Below are positions 20,316 through 31,095 of a stretch of 64,000 nucleotides of DNA, piece after piece. The notes beneath the pieces are model-generated. The model did no database searches and was not told where the DNA came from. It was given only the letters and a program-made list of their open reading frames with translations. The position numbers were made by a program, and so were the translations under genes. The DNA is taken from assembly GCA_963836235.1 (NCBI GenBank), contig CAWIIP010000001.1:512175-576174 (forward strand), given 5' to 3'. The DNA is from an uncultured Pseudomonadota bacterium. Its GTDB lineage: Bacteria > Oederibacteriota > Muellerivitia > Muellerivitales > Muellerivitaceae. Every line of letters begins with the position of its first letter. The stretch's first letter is position 1.

Positions 20316-21236
20316 TTACTCCCAGACCCTAGTGGAAAGATACTTATCCCCTGAATCGGGGAATATCGTCACAATACAGCCTTTTTGAGTCCGCTTGGCC
20401 AATTGGACACAACCCGCCATGGCGCCACCGCTGGAAAGGCCTACCAGCACGCCTTCCCCTTGGGCTAATTTTTTAACCCATTCATAGGCTTCATCCGTAT
20501 CAACAGGGATATTCTCGTCATAAGCACTGGGATCGTATATTCCGGGAACAATGGAGGAGGCCATGTGCTTTAATCCCTCTAAGCCGTGAAAAGGCTGTGC
20601 CGGTTCCAATGCGACGATTTCCACCGAAGGCTTTATTTCTTTGATCCTTTTGCCCGTGCCCATGAGCGTGCCGCTGGTTCCAATGGTCGCTGCGAAATGG
20701 GTTATCTTCTCCCCCAAATGCTCCATGATTTCTTCCGCCGTGGAGAGCACGTGGGCTTTAGGATTTTCGGGATTGTTATATTGGTCGGGAACAAAGTATT
20801 TTTCCGGATTATTTTTATAAATTTCCCGGGCTAGACGTATCGCCCCATCCGAACCTTCCATGTCGCTTGAGTAATGGACTTCCACATTGAATGATTTAAG
20901 AATGCGCTTTCGCTCGTCGCTGACATTGGCGGGTATGGCTAAAGCCACCTTATAGCCCATTGCCGCCCCAATCCAACCATAGGCAATTCCCGTATTGCCC
21001 GAAGTGGCATCCAATATGATTTTATCTTTAGTAAGTTTTCCAGTACGGACGCCTTCCTGAATCATTCGAAGGGCGGGCCGATCCTTAACCGAACGGCCTG
21101 GGTTGTAAGCTTCTAATTTCGCCCATAATTCCACTCCCGGAACAGCATGGCTATGAATTTGGATAAGAGGCGTTCTCCCAACCAATTGGGTAACATTATC
21201 GTAAATACGAGGAGGATTGGAGAGAGTCGGCGGCAA
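20316..21236 (-). CDS. cysM: Cysteine synthase (CysM-type, PLP-dependent)
   Basis: KLEAYNPGRSVKDR, ATSGNTG, GTSGT, GLKHM, FPDSGDKYLS. Confidence 0.88.
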   Translation of the reverse strand: MPPTLSNPPRIYDNVTQLVGRTPLIQIHSHAVPGVELWAKLEAYNPGRSVKDRPALRMIQEGVRTGKLTKDKIILDATSGNTGIAYGWIGAAMGYKVALAIPANVSDERKRILKSFNVEVHYSSDMEGSDGAIRLAREIYKNNPEKYFVPDQYNNPENPKAHVLSTAEEIMEHLGEKITHFAATIGTSGTLMGTGKRIKEIKPSVEIVALEPAQPFHGLEGLKHMASSIVPGIYDPSAYDENIPVDTDEAYEWVKKLAQGEGVLVGLSSGGAMAGCVQLAKRTQKGCIVTIFPDSGDKYLSTRVWE

Positions 21237-21256
21237 TTTTAAACCTCACTTGATAA

Positions 21257-21289
21257 AACAAAAGAGCGGGAAAAACCCGCTCTTTTGTT
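21257..21289. terminator. Intrinsic terminator downstream of eno
   Basis: AACAAAAGAGCGGG-aaaaa-CCCGCTCTTTTGTT, perfect stem with T-tracts on both strands. Confidence 0.85.
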
Positions 21290-21321
21290 AAAACCACAAT
21301 TCACATTAACCACCCGGTCAA

Positions 21322-22695
<1,374 letters not shown>

Positions 22696-22720
22696 CTAAT
22701 AAAAGTATTGCCGCAAAGCC

Positions 22721-24031
22721 TTAAAAAGAATCCAAGCTGTTAATGACGAGGCCCGTTACAAGCTTGGGGTAAAAATAAGTGGACTTTTGAGGCATCCGTT
22801 CTTGTTTCAAGGCCACTTCCCTTAACTGCCCAATGCGCGTTGGATTTAAAAAAAAGGTCGCGGCAAATTCCTTTTCACGAAGTTTTTTCACCGCTTCCTC
22901 CGCCTTGCTGGTAAAGGAAAGTTCGTGTTCCACTTTTTCTTTGGTGATACCGAAGAAAGGTTCCAGGATCAACCGATGCAAAAGTGTCACGTCCAGTTTC
23001 TTTTGGGCGTCCGAAACATCTTTTAACAGGGGAGAATGGACAACCAAATTTGAAAACTGAAGTGCAAAAAGTTTTTTCCCATCAAAGGAAAGCCCAATCG
23101 TGGGTTGTTTTTTACCCAATTTTTCCATCCACTGCCAGGGCGCCAAACCATTTAAGGGTTTTTTAAACTCGTGAATTTCTCCCAATGATGATAGACGGCT
23201 CAATAAAAGCGCTGAAGAGGAGATCAGTCTTTTCGGAAGCATTCGATGTGTCGGAAGAATTATCAATCCTGGATCTTCCATCGCGACAAACATCATCTGA
23301 ACAAAATCAAAAGGCCGAGTTCCCCATTTACCTTTTGAGCCCTTGGACCGAAAGGCCTGATAAGCCAGGGCCGTTTCATACCGATGATGACCATCGGCGA
23401 TAAAAAGGGTAGCGTTTTTCATTTTTCTCCGGACTTGCGCGATCACATCGGAATCCGAAACTTTCCAAATTCGATTCCGTATGTCCCTTGGAAAATCCAC
23501 GATGATGTCGGCTTTTTGTGCGGTAATCCTTCTCAACAATTTCCCCACCCCTTCCTTATCTGGATACAGGGAAAAGATGCAGCTGAAATTAGCCCGGCAG
23601 GCTTTCGTCAATTTAAGCCGATCGGCTTTAGGCCCGCTTAACGTGTGTTCGTGAGCCAGGATACCGCCCTTTTTATTTCCGAAAGGCGTTAACTGAGACA
23701 AAGCCACAAATCCTGTACGATGGTAGGTTTTTCCATGGATATCGAAAGTCTGTTGGTACACGTAAATCGATGGTCCCCCATCGCGCCGCAGGATTCTTTT
23801 TTTTTGCCAAGCGTTAAAGGCTTTTTTCGCCGATTGGTAATCCAAGAAACTGTGTGTCTCGTGACTTGGATTTCCGATAATCAGCCTTATGACGTTATAA
23901 AGGTCAGCCGCCTTCAATTCTTTTTTTTGCTGGTTGGAAATAACATCATAGGGCGGGGCCATCACCTTCGTTAGTTTTTTAGAATCGGTCACTGCGTAAC
24001 GAATCCCACGAAATGGAATAATGTTCGCCAT
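22721..24031 (-). CDS. DUF1015-family protein
   Basis: PFRGIRY, PPYDVI, HEHTL, IADGHHRYETA, PTHR, MPQKSTYFYPK. Confidence 0.9.
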   Translation of the reverse strand: MANIIPFRGIRYAVTDSKKLTKVMAPPYDVISNQQKKELKAADLYNVIRLIIGNPSHETHSFLDYQSAKKAFNAWQKKRILRRDGGPSIYVYQQTFDIHGKTYHRTGFVALSQLTPFGNKKGGILAHEHTLSGPKADRLKLTKACRANFSCIFSLYPDKEGVGKLLRRITAQKADIIVDFPRDIRNRIWKVSDSDVIAQVRRKMKNATLFIADGHHRYETALAYQAFRSKGSKGKWGTRPFDFVQMMFVAMEDPGLIILPTHRMLPKRLISSSALLLSRLSSLGEIHEFKKPLNGLAPWQWMEKLGKKQPTIGLSFDGKKLFALQFSNLVVHSPLLKDVSDAQKKLDVTLLHRLILEPFFGITKEKVEHELSFTSKAEEAVKKLREKEFAATFFLNPTRIGQLREVALKQERMPQKSTYFYPKLVTGLVINSLDSF

Positions 24032-24068
24032 TTTTTCACCTAGTATTTATTTTGTTTTAATTTCCGAA

Positions 24069-24527
24069 TCAGTTTTTTCGGGCCAAAACCTTTTTAACCA
24101 CATCCATGAAGGCATTAATATCTTTGAACTGGAGGTAAACACTAGCGAATCGCACGTAAGCCACATCATCCAGGTCCTGCAAGCGGCGGATGACCATTTC
24201 CCCAACCTCAGTGGAATTAATTTCCTTCGCAGCCCGCTCCATCAGTGTGTTTTCGATGTCATCCACCAGCGCTTCGATTTTTTCGGAGGAAACCGGCCTT
24301 TTTTCCACCGCCTTGCGGATCCCGGCCACGATCTTCAGACGATCAAAAGGTTCCCGGCGGCCATCCCGCTTGACCACCATCGGAAGAATCTCCTCAATCT
24401 GTTCATAAGTAGTGAACCGCTTCTCACACTTTAAACATTCACGCCGACGGCGAATGGCCGAACCGCCCTTACTGGGCCTCGAATCCATGACTTTATCTTC
24501 TTGATGTCCACAAAAAGGGCACTTCAT
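24069..24527 (-). CDS. nrdR: Transcriptional repressor NrdR
   Basis: MKCPFC, IRRRREC..C..RFTTYE, ATP cone, [10 protein letters not shown]. Confidence 0.97.
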   Translation of the reverse strand: MKCPFCGHQEDKVMDSRPSKGGSAIRRRRECLKCEKRFTTYEQIEEILPMVVKRDGRREPFDRLKIVAGIRKAVEKRPVSSEKIEALVDDIENTLMERAAKEINSTEVGEMVIRRLQDLDDVAYVRFASVYLQFKDINAFMDVVKKVLARKN

Positions 24528-24661
24528 GTACTACTCCTCAACAGGTTGTGGCAAATACAACGGGGCGAATTATACCATAGGTGGGTAGCATCAATAAATG
24601 AACTATCAAGCACTTGATAGCATTTCGGTCGAAGTAGGTTTTTTAGCTTTTATTGTAAGGT

Positions 24662-25525
24662 TTATGGAACTATTTCTGTTCCAACCCCTTTAGGTGTGAA
24701 AACTTCCAAAAGCAAGGCATGGGGTAAGGTACCGTCAATAATATGGGTTTTATGAACACCCGATTTCAACGCATGAAGACAGGCTTCAATCTTTGGAATC
24801 ATTCCTCCGGATATAATGCCATTTCTTAATAATTTGGGAACTTCTTTGACTTTAACAGTTGAGAAAAGAGTCTTAGGGTCATCCTTCTTTTTACATATGC
24901 CAGGAACATCCGTTAAAAAAACCAATTTTTCAGCCTTCAACGCCCCGGCAATAGCGCCAGCCGCCTCATCCGCGTTCACATTATAGGTGTGACCATCCTT
25001 ACCAAGGCCCAATGGGGCTATTACCGGTATGAACTGTTCACGATCAATCGCTTCCAAAACTTTCGTATTCACTTTGGCGACTTTACCGACAAAACCAATA
25101 TCCTTTCCAGATTTGGATTTAATTCGAAAAGCTTCCAACATGGCACCGTCCTTTCCGGAAAGGCCAACTGCTGAACCACCTAATCGTTGGATAACGCTCA
25201 CCAATTCTTTGTTGATTTTACCACCCAACACCATTTCTACTATTTCCATTGTCGGTAAATCCGTCACTCGTAACCCATCCACGAACTTAGAGCGGATCCC
25301 CATTTTTTCCGTCAATAGTGTTATATCTTTTCCACCTCCATGGACAACTACTGGCCGCATTCCGACAAATTTCATCAGGACGATATCCTGAAGAGTGGTT
25401 TTAAGTTCCTCGGCACCCGATCTTGTACTTCCTCCATATTTAACAACGACCGTGGAACCATACCATTGCCGAATATAGGGAAAAGCTTCCACGAGGATTT
25501 GGGCTTTTTGAATGGATTCTTTCAA
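24662..25525 (-). CDS. argB: Acetylglutamate kinase
   Basis: VVKYGG, VVVHGGG, GLRVTD, NVNAD, GGMIPK; TTG start at 25525 after GAGGGA. Confidence 0.95.
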   Translation of the reverse strand: MKESIQKAQILVEAFPYIRQWYGSTVVVKYGGSTRSGAEELKTTLQDIVLMKFVGMRPVVVHGGGKDITLLTEKMGIRSKFVDGLRVTDLPTMEIVEMVLGGKINKELVSVIQRLGGSAVGLSGKDGAMLEAFRIKSKSGKDIGFVGKVAKVNTKVLEAIDREQFIPVIAPLGLGKDGHTYNVNADEAAGAIAGALKAEKLVFLTDVPGICKKKDDPKTLFSTVKVKEVPKLLRNGIISGGMIPKIEACLHALKSGVHKTHIIDGTLPHALLLEVFTPKGVGTEIVP

Positions 25526-25535
25526 AAAAATTCCC

Positions 25536-27887
25536 TCAGGTGACCGGCGCGGCTTCTGCGGGGGCAGCTTCCGATTTGGGGAATTCTTTATAATCACACT
25601 CCTTGTTTGGGCAGGAGATATGGGGACCAAGGGTTTTAAGGTATTTATCCACCAAGTAAGGATTCGAGCACTGGGGGCAGGCCCGATTAACCGGTTTATA
25701 CCAGGAGATGAATTTGCAATCGGGGTATTTATTACAGCCATAAAAAACTCCCCGGCGTGAACCGCGCGAAACCACTTCCCCGCCGCAACCCAAAGGGCAT
25801 TTTATCCCCAAGGAAATGGGCTTGGCGGTCTTGCACTCCGGATATTTGGAACAAGCAAGGAACTTACCAAACCGTCCCATTTTCACAACCATATCGGCCC
25901 CGCATTTCGGGCATTTTTCATCTGTTTTGGTATCAACATCGACTTGTATAGAGCCGTCTGTCGTTTCTTTGAGACTCTTGGTGCTCTGGCATTCGGGATA
26001 TTTTGAACAGGCTAAAAATTTACCGTGACGACCCCACTTCACAATCATCATCTGGCCGCATTTTTCGCAGGGAATATCAGTCACTTGTTCGATTTTGCTT
26101 TTTTCCTCACCGATAAGCTTCTCGGCTTCCGCCAATGTATCTTTGAAGGGGGTGTAGAACTCTTGAATAACCGTTCGCCATTCCCTTTCACCCGATTCTA
26201 CTTGGTCCAACTCCCCTTCCATTTTGGCGGTAAAGGCATAGTCCAAAATAACCGGAAAGTTTTTCATCAATATTTCGAGAACAAGGTTTCCTAGCTCGGC
26301 CAGAAAGAACCGGCCATTTTCTTTTTTGACATAATGCCGAGTTTGGATGGTTTCAAGCGTCGGAGCATATGTGGAAGGTCTCCCGATCCCCATTTCTTCG
26401 AGTATTTTAACCATTGACGCATCCGTAAACCTAGGAGGAGGCTGGGTGAAATGCTGTTCAGGAAACGGTTCTTTCCAAATAGCTTTCTGCCCTTCGTTAA
26501 TGCCAGCAAGTTTGTTGGGGTTAACCTGTCCTACTTCATCGCCATCACCCTGGCCTTCTTTTTTATCCTCGTCCGCCGCTTCCTCATAAACCTTTGTATA
26601 ACCGTCGAAAACCGTTTCGGTTCCCGTAGCCCGAAAAACCACATTATTTCCACCAATTTCCACGCTCGTTTCCCGATAAAGGGCGTTGCTCATCTGGCTG
26701 GCAAGGAAGTCTTCCCAAATGAGTTGATAAAGTTTGAACTGTTCGGGCGTCAAAAAGGTCTTCATTTGATCCGGAGTACGGAAAACCGAAGTCGGTCGAA
26801 TGGCCTCATGCGCATCTTGGATTTTTCCCTTGCTGGAAGTATCCCTATCGCCTGGACTTAAGTACTTTTCACCGTAAGTTTGGCCGATAAATTTAGCGGC
26901 CTCGATCTTCGCATCAGGGGAAATGCGTTTGGAATCGGTACGCATATAGGTAATCAACCCCACGGGTGCCGATTCCCCGATTTCGATACCTTCATAAAGC
27001 CCTTGCGCAACGGACATGGTTTTACGCGCTCCAAACCGCAATTGTTTATAAGCTTCTTGTTGGAGTTTCGAGGTTGTAAAGGGCATCGGGGGTTTTTTGG
27101 ACTTATCCCGGTGTAAAACGGCCGAGATTTTAAAATCGGCGCTTTTAATTCGATCAATTAGTCCTTGAGTAGCCTCCTGAGTAATCAGTTCGGGCTTTTC
27201 TCCATCTATCTTGGCGAGTTTGGTACGAACTATCCGGCTATCCTCCATTATAAAGTCGGCTTCCAATGTCCAATATTCAACTGGCTTGAATCCTTCTATT
27301 TCCTTTTCCCGCTCATAAATAAGCCTCAACGCGACAGATTGAACACGTCCAGCCGATAGTCCCCTACGAATGTTTTTCCAAAGCAAAGGACTAATTCCAT
27401 AACCCACCAACCGGTCCAAAACCCGGCGAGCTTGCTGGGCATTCACCATATTCAAGTCAACTTCGCTCGGAGCGTTGATGGCTTCTTCTATCGCCGTTTT
27501 AGTAATCTCATTAAGCCTGAGCCGATAAATGGTCGGCACGGTTTCCATGGCGCTGAGGAAATTTCGAATATGCCAGCCAATCGCTTCCCCTTCTCGATCG
27601 GGGTCAGCCGCGAGGTAAACCGCCGTAGATTTTTGAGCGGCCTTCTTCAGTTCCTTAATAATGGAGGCCTTACCCCGAATCGGGATGTATTTAGGTTCGA
27701 AATTGTTATCCACATCAACGCCCAACTTACTTTTAGGAAGATCGATTAAATGCCCTTTTGAGGCCAAAACAACGTAATCCGATCCCAAATATTTATTAAT
27801 GGTTTTCGCCTTGGAAGGCGACTCAACGATGACTAATTTTTTGTTGGGTGCTTTTTTCGCTTTGGCTTTTGCCACAGAACTCTCCAA
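25536..27887 (-). CDS. topA: DNA topoisomerase I
   Basis: IVESPSKAKTI, DPDREGEAI, SAGRVQS, ITYMRTDS, GIGRPSTY, C-terminal C4 zinc ribbons. Confidence 0.98.
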   Translation of the reverse strand: MESSVAKAKAKKAPNKKLVIVESPSKAKTINKYLGSDYVVLASKGHLIDLPKSKLGVDVDNNFEPKYIPIRGKASIIKELKKAAQKSTAVYLAADPDREGEAIGWHIRNFLSAMETVPTIYRLRLNEITKTAIEEAINAPSEVDLNMVNAQQARRVLDRLVGYGISPLLWKNIRRGLSAGRVQSVALRLIYEREKEIEGFKPVEYWTLEADFIMEDSRIVRTKLAKIDGEKPELITQEATQGLIDRIKSADFKISAVLHRDKSKKPPMPFTTSKLQQEAYKQLRFGARKTMSVAQGLYEGIEIGESAPVGLITYMRTDSKRISPDAKIEAAKFIGQTYGEKYLSPGDRDTSSKGKIQDAHEAIRPTSVFRTPDQMKTFLTPEQFKLYQLIWEDFLASQMSNALYRETSVEIGGNNVVFRATGTETVFDGYTKVYEEAADEDKKEGQGDGDEVGQVNPNKLAGINEGQKAIWKEPFPEQHFTQPPPRFTDASMVKILEEMGIGRPSTYAPTLETIQTRHYVKKENGRFFLAELGNLVLEILMKNFPVILDYAFTAKMEGELDQVESGEREWRTVIQEFYTPFKDTLAEAEKLIGEEKSKIEQVTDIPCEKCGQMMIVKWGRHGKFLACSKYPECQSTKSLKETTDGSIQVDVDTKTDEKCPKCGADMVVKMGRFGKFLACSKYPECKTAKPISLGIKCPLGCGGEVVSRGSRRGVFYGCNKYPDCKFISWYKPVNRACPQCSNPYLVDKYLKTLGPHISCPNKECDYKEFPKSEAAPAEAAPVT

Positions 27888-28108
27888 TGCAGGGTGGATT
27901 TCGGATAAAGAACCGTTTTAAAAGCGGTTCGTTCAATTGGGCAAGAATAGGCAGTACACTAGGGTTTGTCAAGTTTTCGGCTTTTTCTGTCCGCTAAAAT
28001 TCGGTCGGAAAAAATCGCAAAACCCTTTTAAACACTTTCATTTGACGTTTTCAACCCGGGAAAAGATTCTTCGCACAATCAAAAAGGATTATCTTACAAA
28101 ATCGAATT

Positions 28109-29230
28109 TCAGATCTTGAAGTAACAATGTCCAGGTGCCTGTTGGACCAAACCCTTCATCTCGAGTGTCAAAAGTAATTCATTAATGCGCCTCAAGGCCA
28201 TTTGAGTTTCTCGAACCAAAAGATCCACATGAACGGGGGAATAGGAAATTTTTTCAAGCAACAAAATTTCTTCTTCGGTTAAATCTTTGTCCGATGTCAC
28301 TAAGGCCTTTTTCGTTTTTCGGGATTTAAAGACCGTTTCGGCCCGAATGTCATGCAATTCGTGAAAAATATCTTCCACACCCATGACAAGTTTGGCTCCC
28401 TGTTGGATCAGGGCATGAGCTCCCTCCGACTCGGTATGAGTGATGGGTCCGGGAACGGCGAAAACGGGCTTTCCCTGGTCAATAGCGTGATCCACTGTTA
28501 TGAAGGAGCCACTATCTTTTTTGGCTTCCACGACAAGAACGCCCTTGGAAGAACCACTGATCAATCTGTTTCTCTGGGGAAAGTGAAGGGCAAGAGGCTT
28601 GGCATGGAGGGGATACTCGCTGAAAACGGAACCGCGTTCACTGATTTCTTGGGCCAATTCCCTGTTTTCCGCCGGATAAAGGTTCAATAACCCACTTCCC
28701 AAGAAAGCTAATGTCCTGCCCTTGGGATAGCGTAGAGCACCAAGATGAGCAAAGGAATCAATGCCTCTAGCCAATCCCGAAACCACGGTATAACCAGCTT
28801 TAGCAACGTCTTCCGCTAGTTTGAGTGCGGCGGTTTTACCATAAGCGCTCGGTTTGCGGCACCCAATAACGGCAATAGCGTTTTCGTCCTCTGGAAAATA
28901 ACTTCCGGCTTGCCACAAAACAAACGGCGGGTCATACAGATTTTCAAATACTCGAGGAAAAGATTTATCACTTTCCACAAAAACAGAAATTCCCATTTTT
29001 TCAGCAGTTTCAAGCTCTTGTTCTACTCGAGCGAGAGGCGTCTTGAAGGAAATAATCTTTTGAACGCAGGATGAAGTCCAATCGGGTAATAGAAGTAACT
29101 GTTCCTCGGATGCTCCAAAAACATCGGACAAATCGGAGAAAACGTCTTTTGCCGACTTCAGCCGGCGGGGGCCAATAACACCGGTGAGATGTAAGGCAAG
29201 AAGGGCTTCGCGGTAATTCATGCGGAACAC
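28109..29230 (-). CDS. dprA: DNA-processing protein DprA
   Basis: VSGLARGID, FPQRNRLISG, VVEA, FAVPG, C-terminal winged helix. Confidence 0.96.
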   Translation of the reverse strand: MFRMNYREALLALHLTGVIGPRRLKSAKDVFSDLSDVFGASEEQLLLLPDWTSSCVQKIISFKTPLARVEQELETAEKMGISVFVESDKSFPRVFENLYDPPFVLWQAGSYFPEDENAIAVIGCRKPSAYGKTAALKLAEDVAKAGYTVVSGLARGIDSFAHLGALRYPKGRTLAFLGSGLLNLYPAENRELAQEISERGSVFSEYPLHAKPLALHFPQRNRLISGSSKGVLVVEAKKDSGSFITVDHAIDQGKPVFAVPGPITHTESEGAHALIQQGAKLVMGVEDIFHELHDIRAETVFKSRKTKKALVTSDKDLTEEEILLLEKISYSPVHVDLLVRETQMALRRINELLLTLEMKGLVQQAPGHCYFKI

Positions 29231-29262
29231 TGACCGTGAACCAAGAATCTCACTTTCACAAT

Positions 29263-30360
29263 CTACTCCGGTAGTACGGCCTTATTGGGCCCCACATCTT
29301 GTGCTTGAGTCAATAATTTTTCAGCATTCTCAAGAAGAGAATGATGATCCTCAGCATGTTTCGGATAAGTTGAGGCGCTAATATTGAGGAAAACGGAGGG
29401 CGCATCCCCCATGATTTGCTTAAAATACTTGAAAATTCTTTTCGCAATAATTCCATAGGTGTTATTAGCGGTGTCCGGAAGGATAATTCCATACTTGTTT
29501 TGATCCAATCGACAAATCACATCCACTCGGCGAAGACTTTTGGAAAGAATTTCGGCCACTTGCGTGGCTACTTGATTTTCTTCCGATTGACTCGCCACCC
29601 CACTCACGGGCGAAACTTTCAGAAACATGAGACTCATCAACCGGGAGTACCGTTTGGCCCTTTCAACCTCAATAGAAAGACACTCAGCAAAATAGTCTTT
29701 GTTAAAAAGACGAGTCACTTCATCCACAAGGACAATGGGGCGCCGCCCATCAGTTTTAATTTCAAGAGATGGGACCGCCACAAATGGGTCCATCATCGGC
29801 GTCAAGGGGATATCTACTTTGCCAACCGTTTCATCAACAAGATGGTTGCCCTTCCCTTCTTTCGCAGTATTCACAACTTGCAATATCGCTTTTTCCAAGG
29901 GTTCTTGCCAACGTTTCCAAAGCGCGGAAAGCTCTTCCAGTGTTTTATTATCGTAAGCTTGTGAATTCTGGTGCGCACATCCAAACAATAGATAATTTTT
30001 TTTCGCCCTATTTAATACCATAAACACACCACTGTTGGGTTTTTGAATGCGAAGAGAACCCGACTTGTTAAAAACAGGTTTTCCCGTAATGTCTAAATAA
30101 GTCTTTAGGGGAAGTTTTGAAAGTGCGTTTCGCTCCTCCACTCCCAAACGATAAAGACAAGTGTCCATTACTTCTTCTTTTCCGTCCAACGCCACAATCG
30201 AAAGAGGCTCCTCAGGGCTGGCAGCACAAGCTAAAAAAACACAATCAAACTTAAGGTTTTCCAGAATATCTTTGCAGCAATTAACCAAATTTGATTGGTC
30301 GATGGGCTGTTTAGTACATCTTGAAATGAGTTGTTCAATCAAGGAACCGTTTAAAATCAC
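29263..30360 (-). CDS. Degenerate GGDEF-domain protein
   Basis: DEVTRLFNKDYF..EVERAKRY..LRRVDVICRLDQNKYGIILPDT: RxxD I-site intact, GG(D/E)EF replaced by DQNKY. Confidence 0.8.
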   Translation of the reverse strand: MILNGSLIEQLISRCTKQPIDQSNLVNCCKDILENLKFDCVFLACAASPEEPLSIVALDGKEEVMDTCLYRLGVEERNALSKLPLKTYLDITGKPVFNKSGSLRIQKPNSGVFMVLNRAKKNYLLFGCAHQNSQAYDNKTLEELSALWKRWQEPLEKAILQVVNTAKEGKGNHLVDETVGKVDIPLTPMMDPFVAVPSLEIKTDGRRPIVLVDEVTRLFNKDYFAECLSIEVERAKRYSRLMSLMFLKVSPVSGVASQSEENQVATQVAEILSKSLRRVDVICRLDQNKYGIILPDTANNTYGIIAKRIFKYFKQIMGDAPSVFLNISASTYPKHAEDHHSLLENAEKLLTQAQDVGPNKAVLPE

Positions 30361-30480
30361 AAAACCTCTTAGTCCGAAGTAATATTTAACTAATTTAGAA
30401 TCACTAAATTCGAAGAGTCTTCTCGAATCTTATATCCGAGCGATTTAAATAACTTTTAAAGAATAATAAAAACACCAATA

Positions 30481-31095
30481 TTATTTGACCTTGATCGCTT
30501 GAAAAATAGCACGCAACGAAACCGCGTCCGGTACCAAAATAAAATAACCGCCTATTTCTTTGTTGTCGTCAACAAACCTGGTTTCAATTGAAATAACTTT
30601 TGTCGCGTCATCCAAACCTTGAGTAACGGTTGCCAAGAGCGCACCGGCCATGTCAAACACCAATGTGGGAACTGAAATCAGTAACAACATTCCTAAAAAT
30701 TCGTTCAATGCGCTTAAATATGCACCTGTCAAAATATTTCCAGCTTCCTTGATTGCAGAATGTCCCATTTCAGTAAGAATCTTGCTGGAACCAATCGGTT
30801 GTTTTAAAAGCATATCCGCAAGATGAAGCGCCGAATCACGCGGGAATAAAAGAAGGATTTTCCCCGTTGCGTCTCCTAAGATAGATAAAGTAAGCCCCGC
30901 TACTAGCGTATTTGGATCTCCTACTAATTTCGGAACTTCCGATAAAGGAATAACGTTAGCTTTCGGAACAGTAATAAATATTCTTTTTCCTAAAAGCTGG
31001 GAAAGTGCTGTCGCGCCATGGCCCGCGCCAATATTTCCGACTTCCTTCATCGCATCCAGTTGAGTTGGACTTAATTCATCAAGATTGAGCAGCAT
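30481..31095 (-). CDS. cheC: CheY-P phosphatase CheC
   Basis: DAMKEVGNIGAGHGATALS and SAIKEAGNILTG (two D/S-x3-E-x2-N sites). Confidence 0.93.
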   Translation of the reverse strand: MLLNLDELSPTQLDAMKEVGNIGAGHGATALSQLLGKRIFITVPKANVIPLSEVPKLVGDPNTLVAGLTLSILGDATGKILLLFPRDSALHLADMLLKQPIGSSKILTEMGHSAIKEAGNILTGAYLSALNEFLGMLLLISVPTLVFDMAGALLATVTQGLDDATKVISIETRFVDDNKEIGGYFILVPDAVSLRAIFQAIKVK

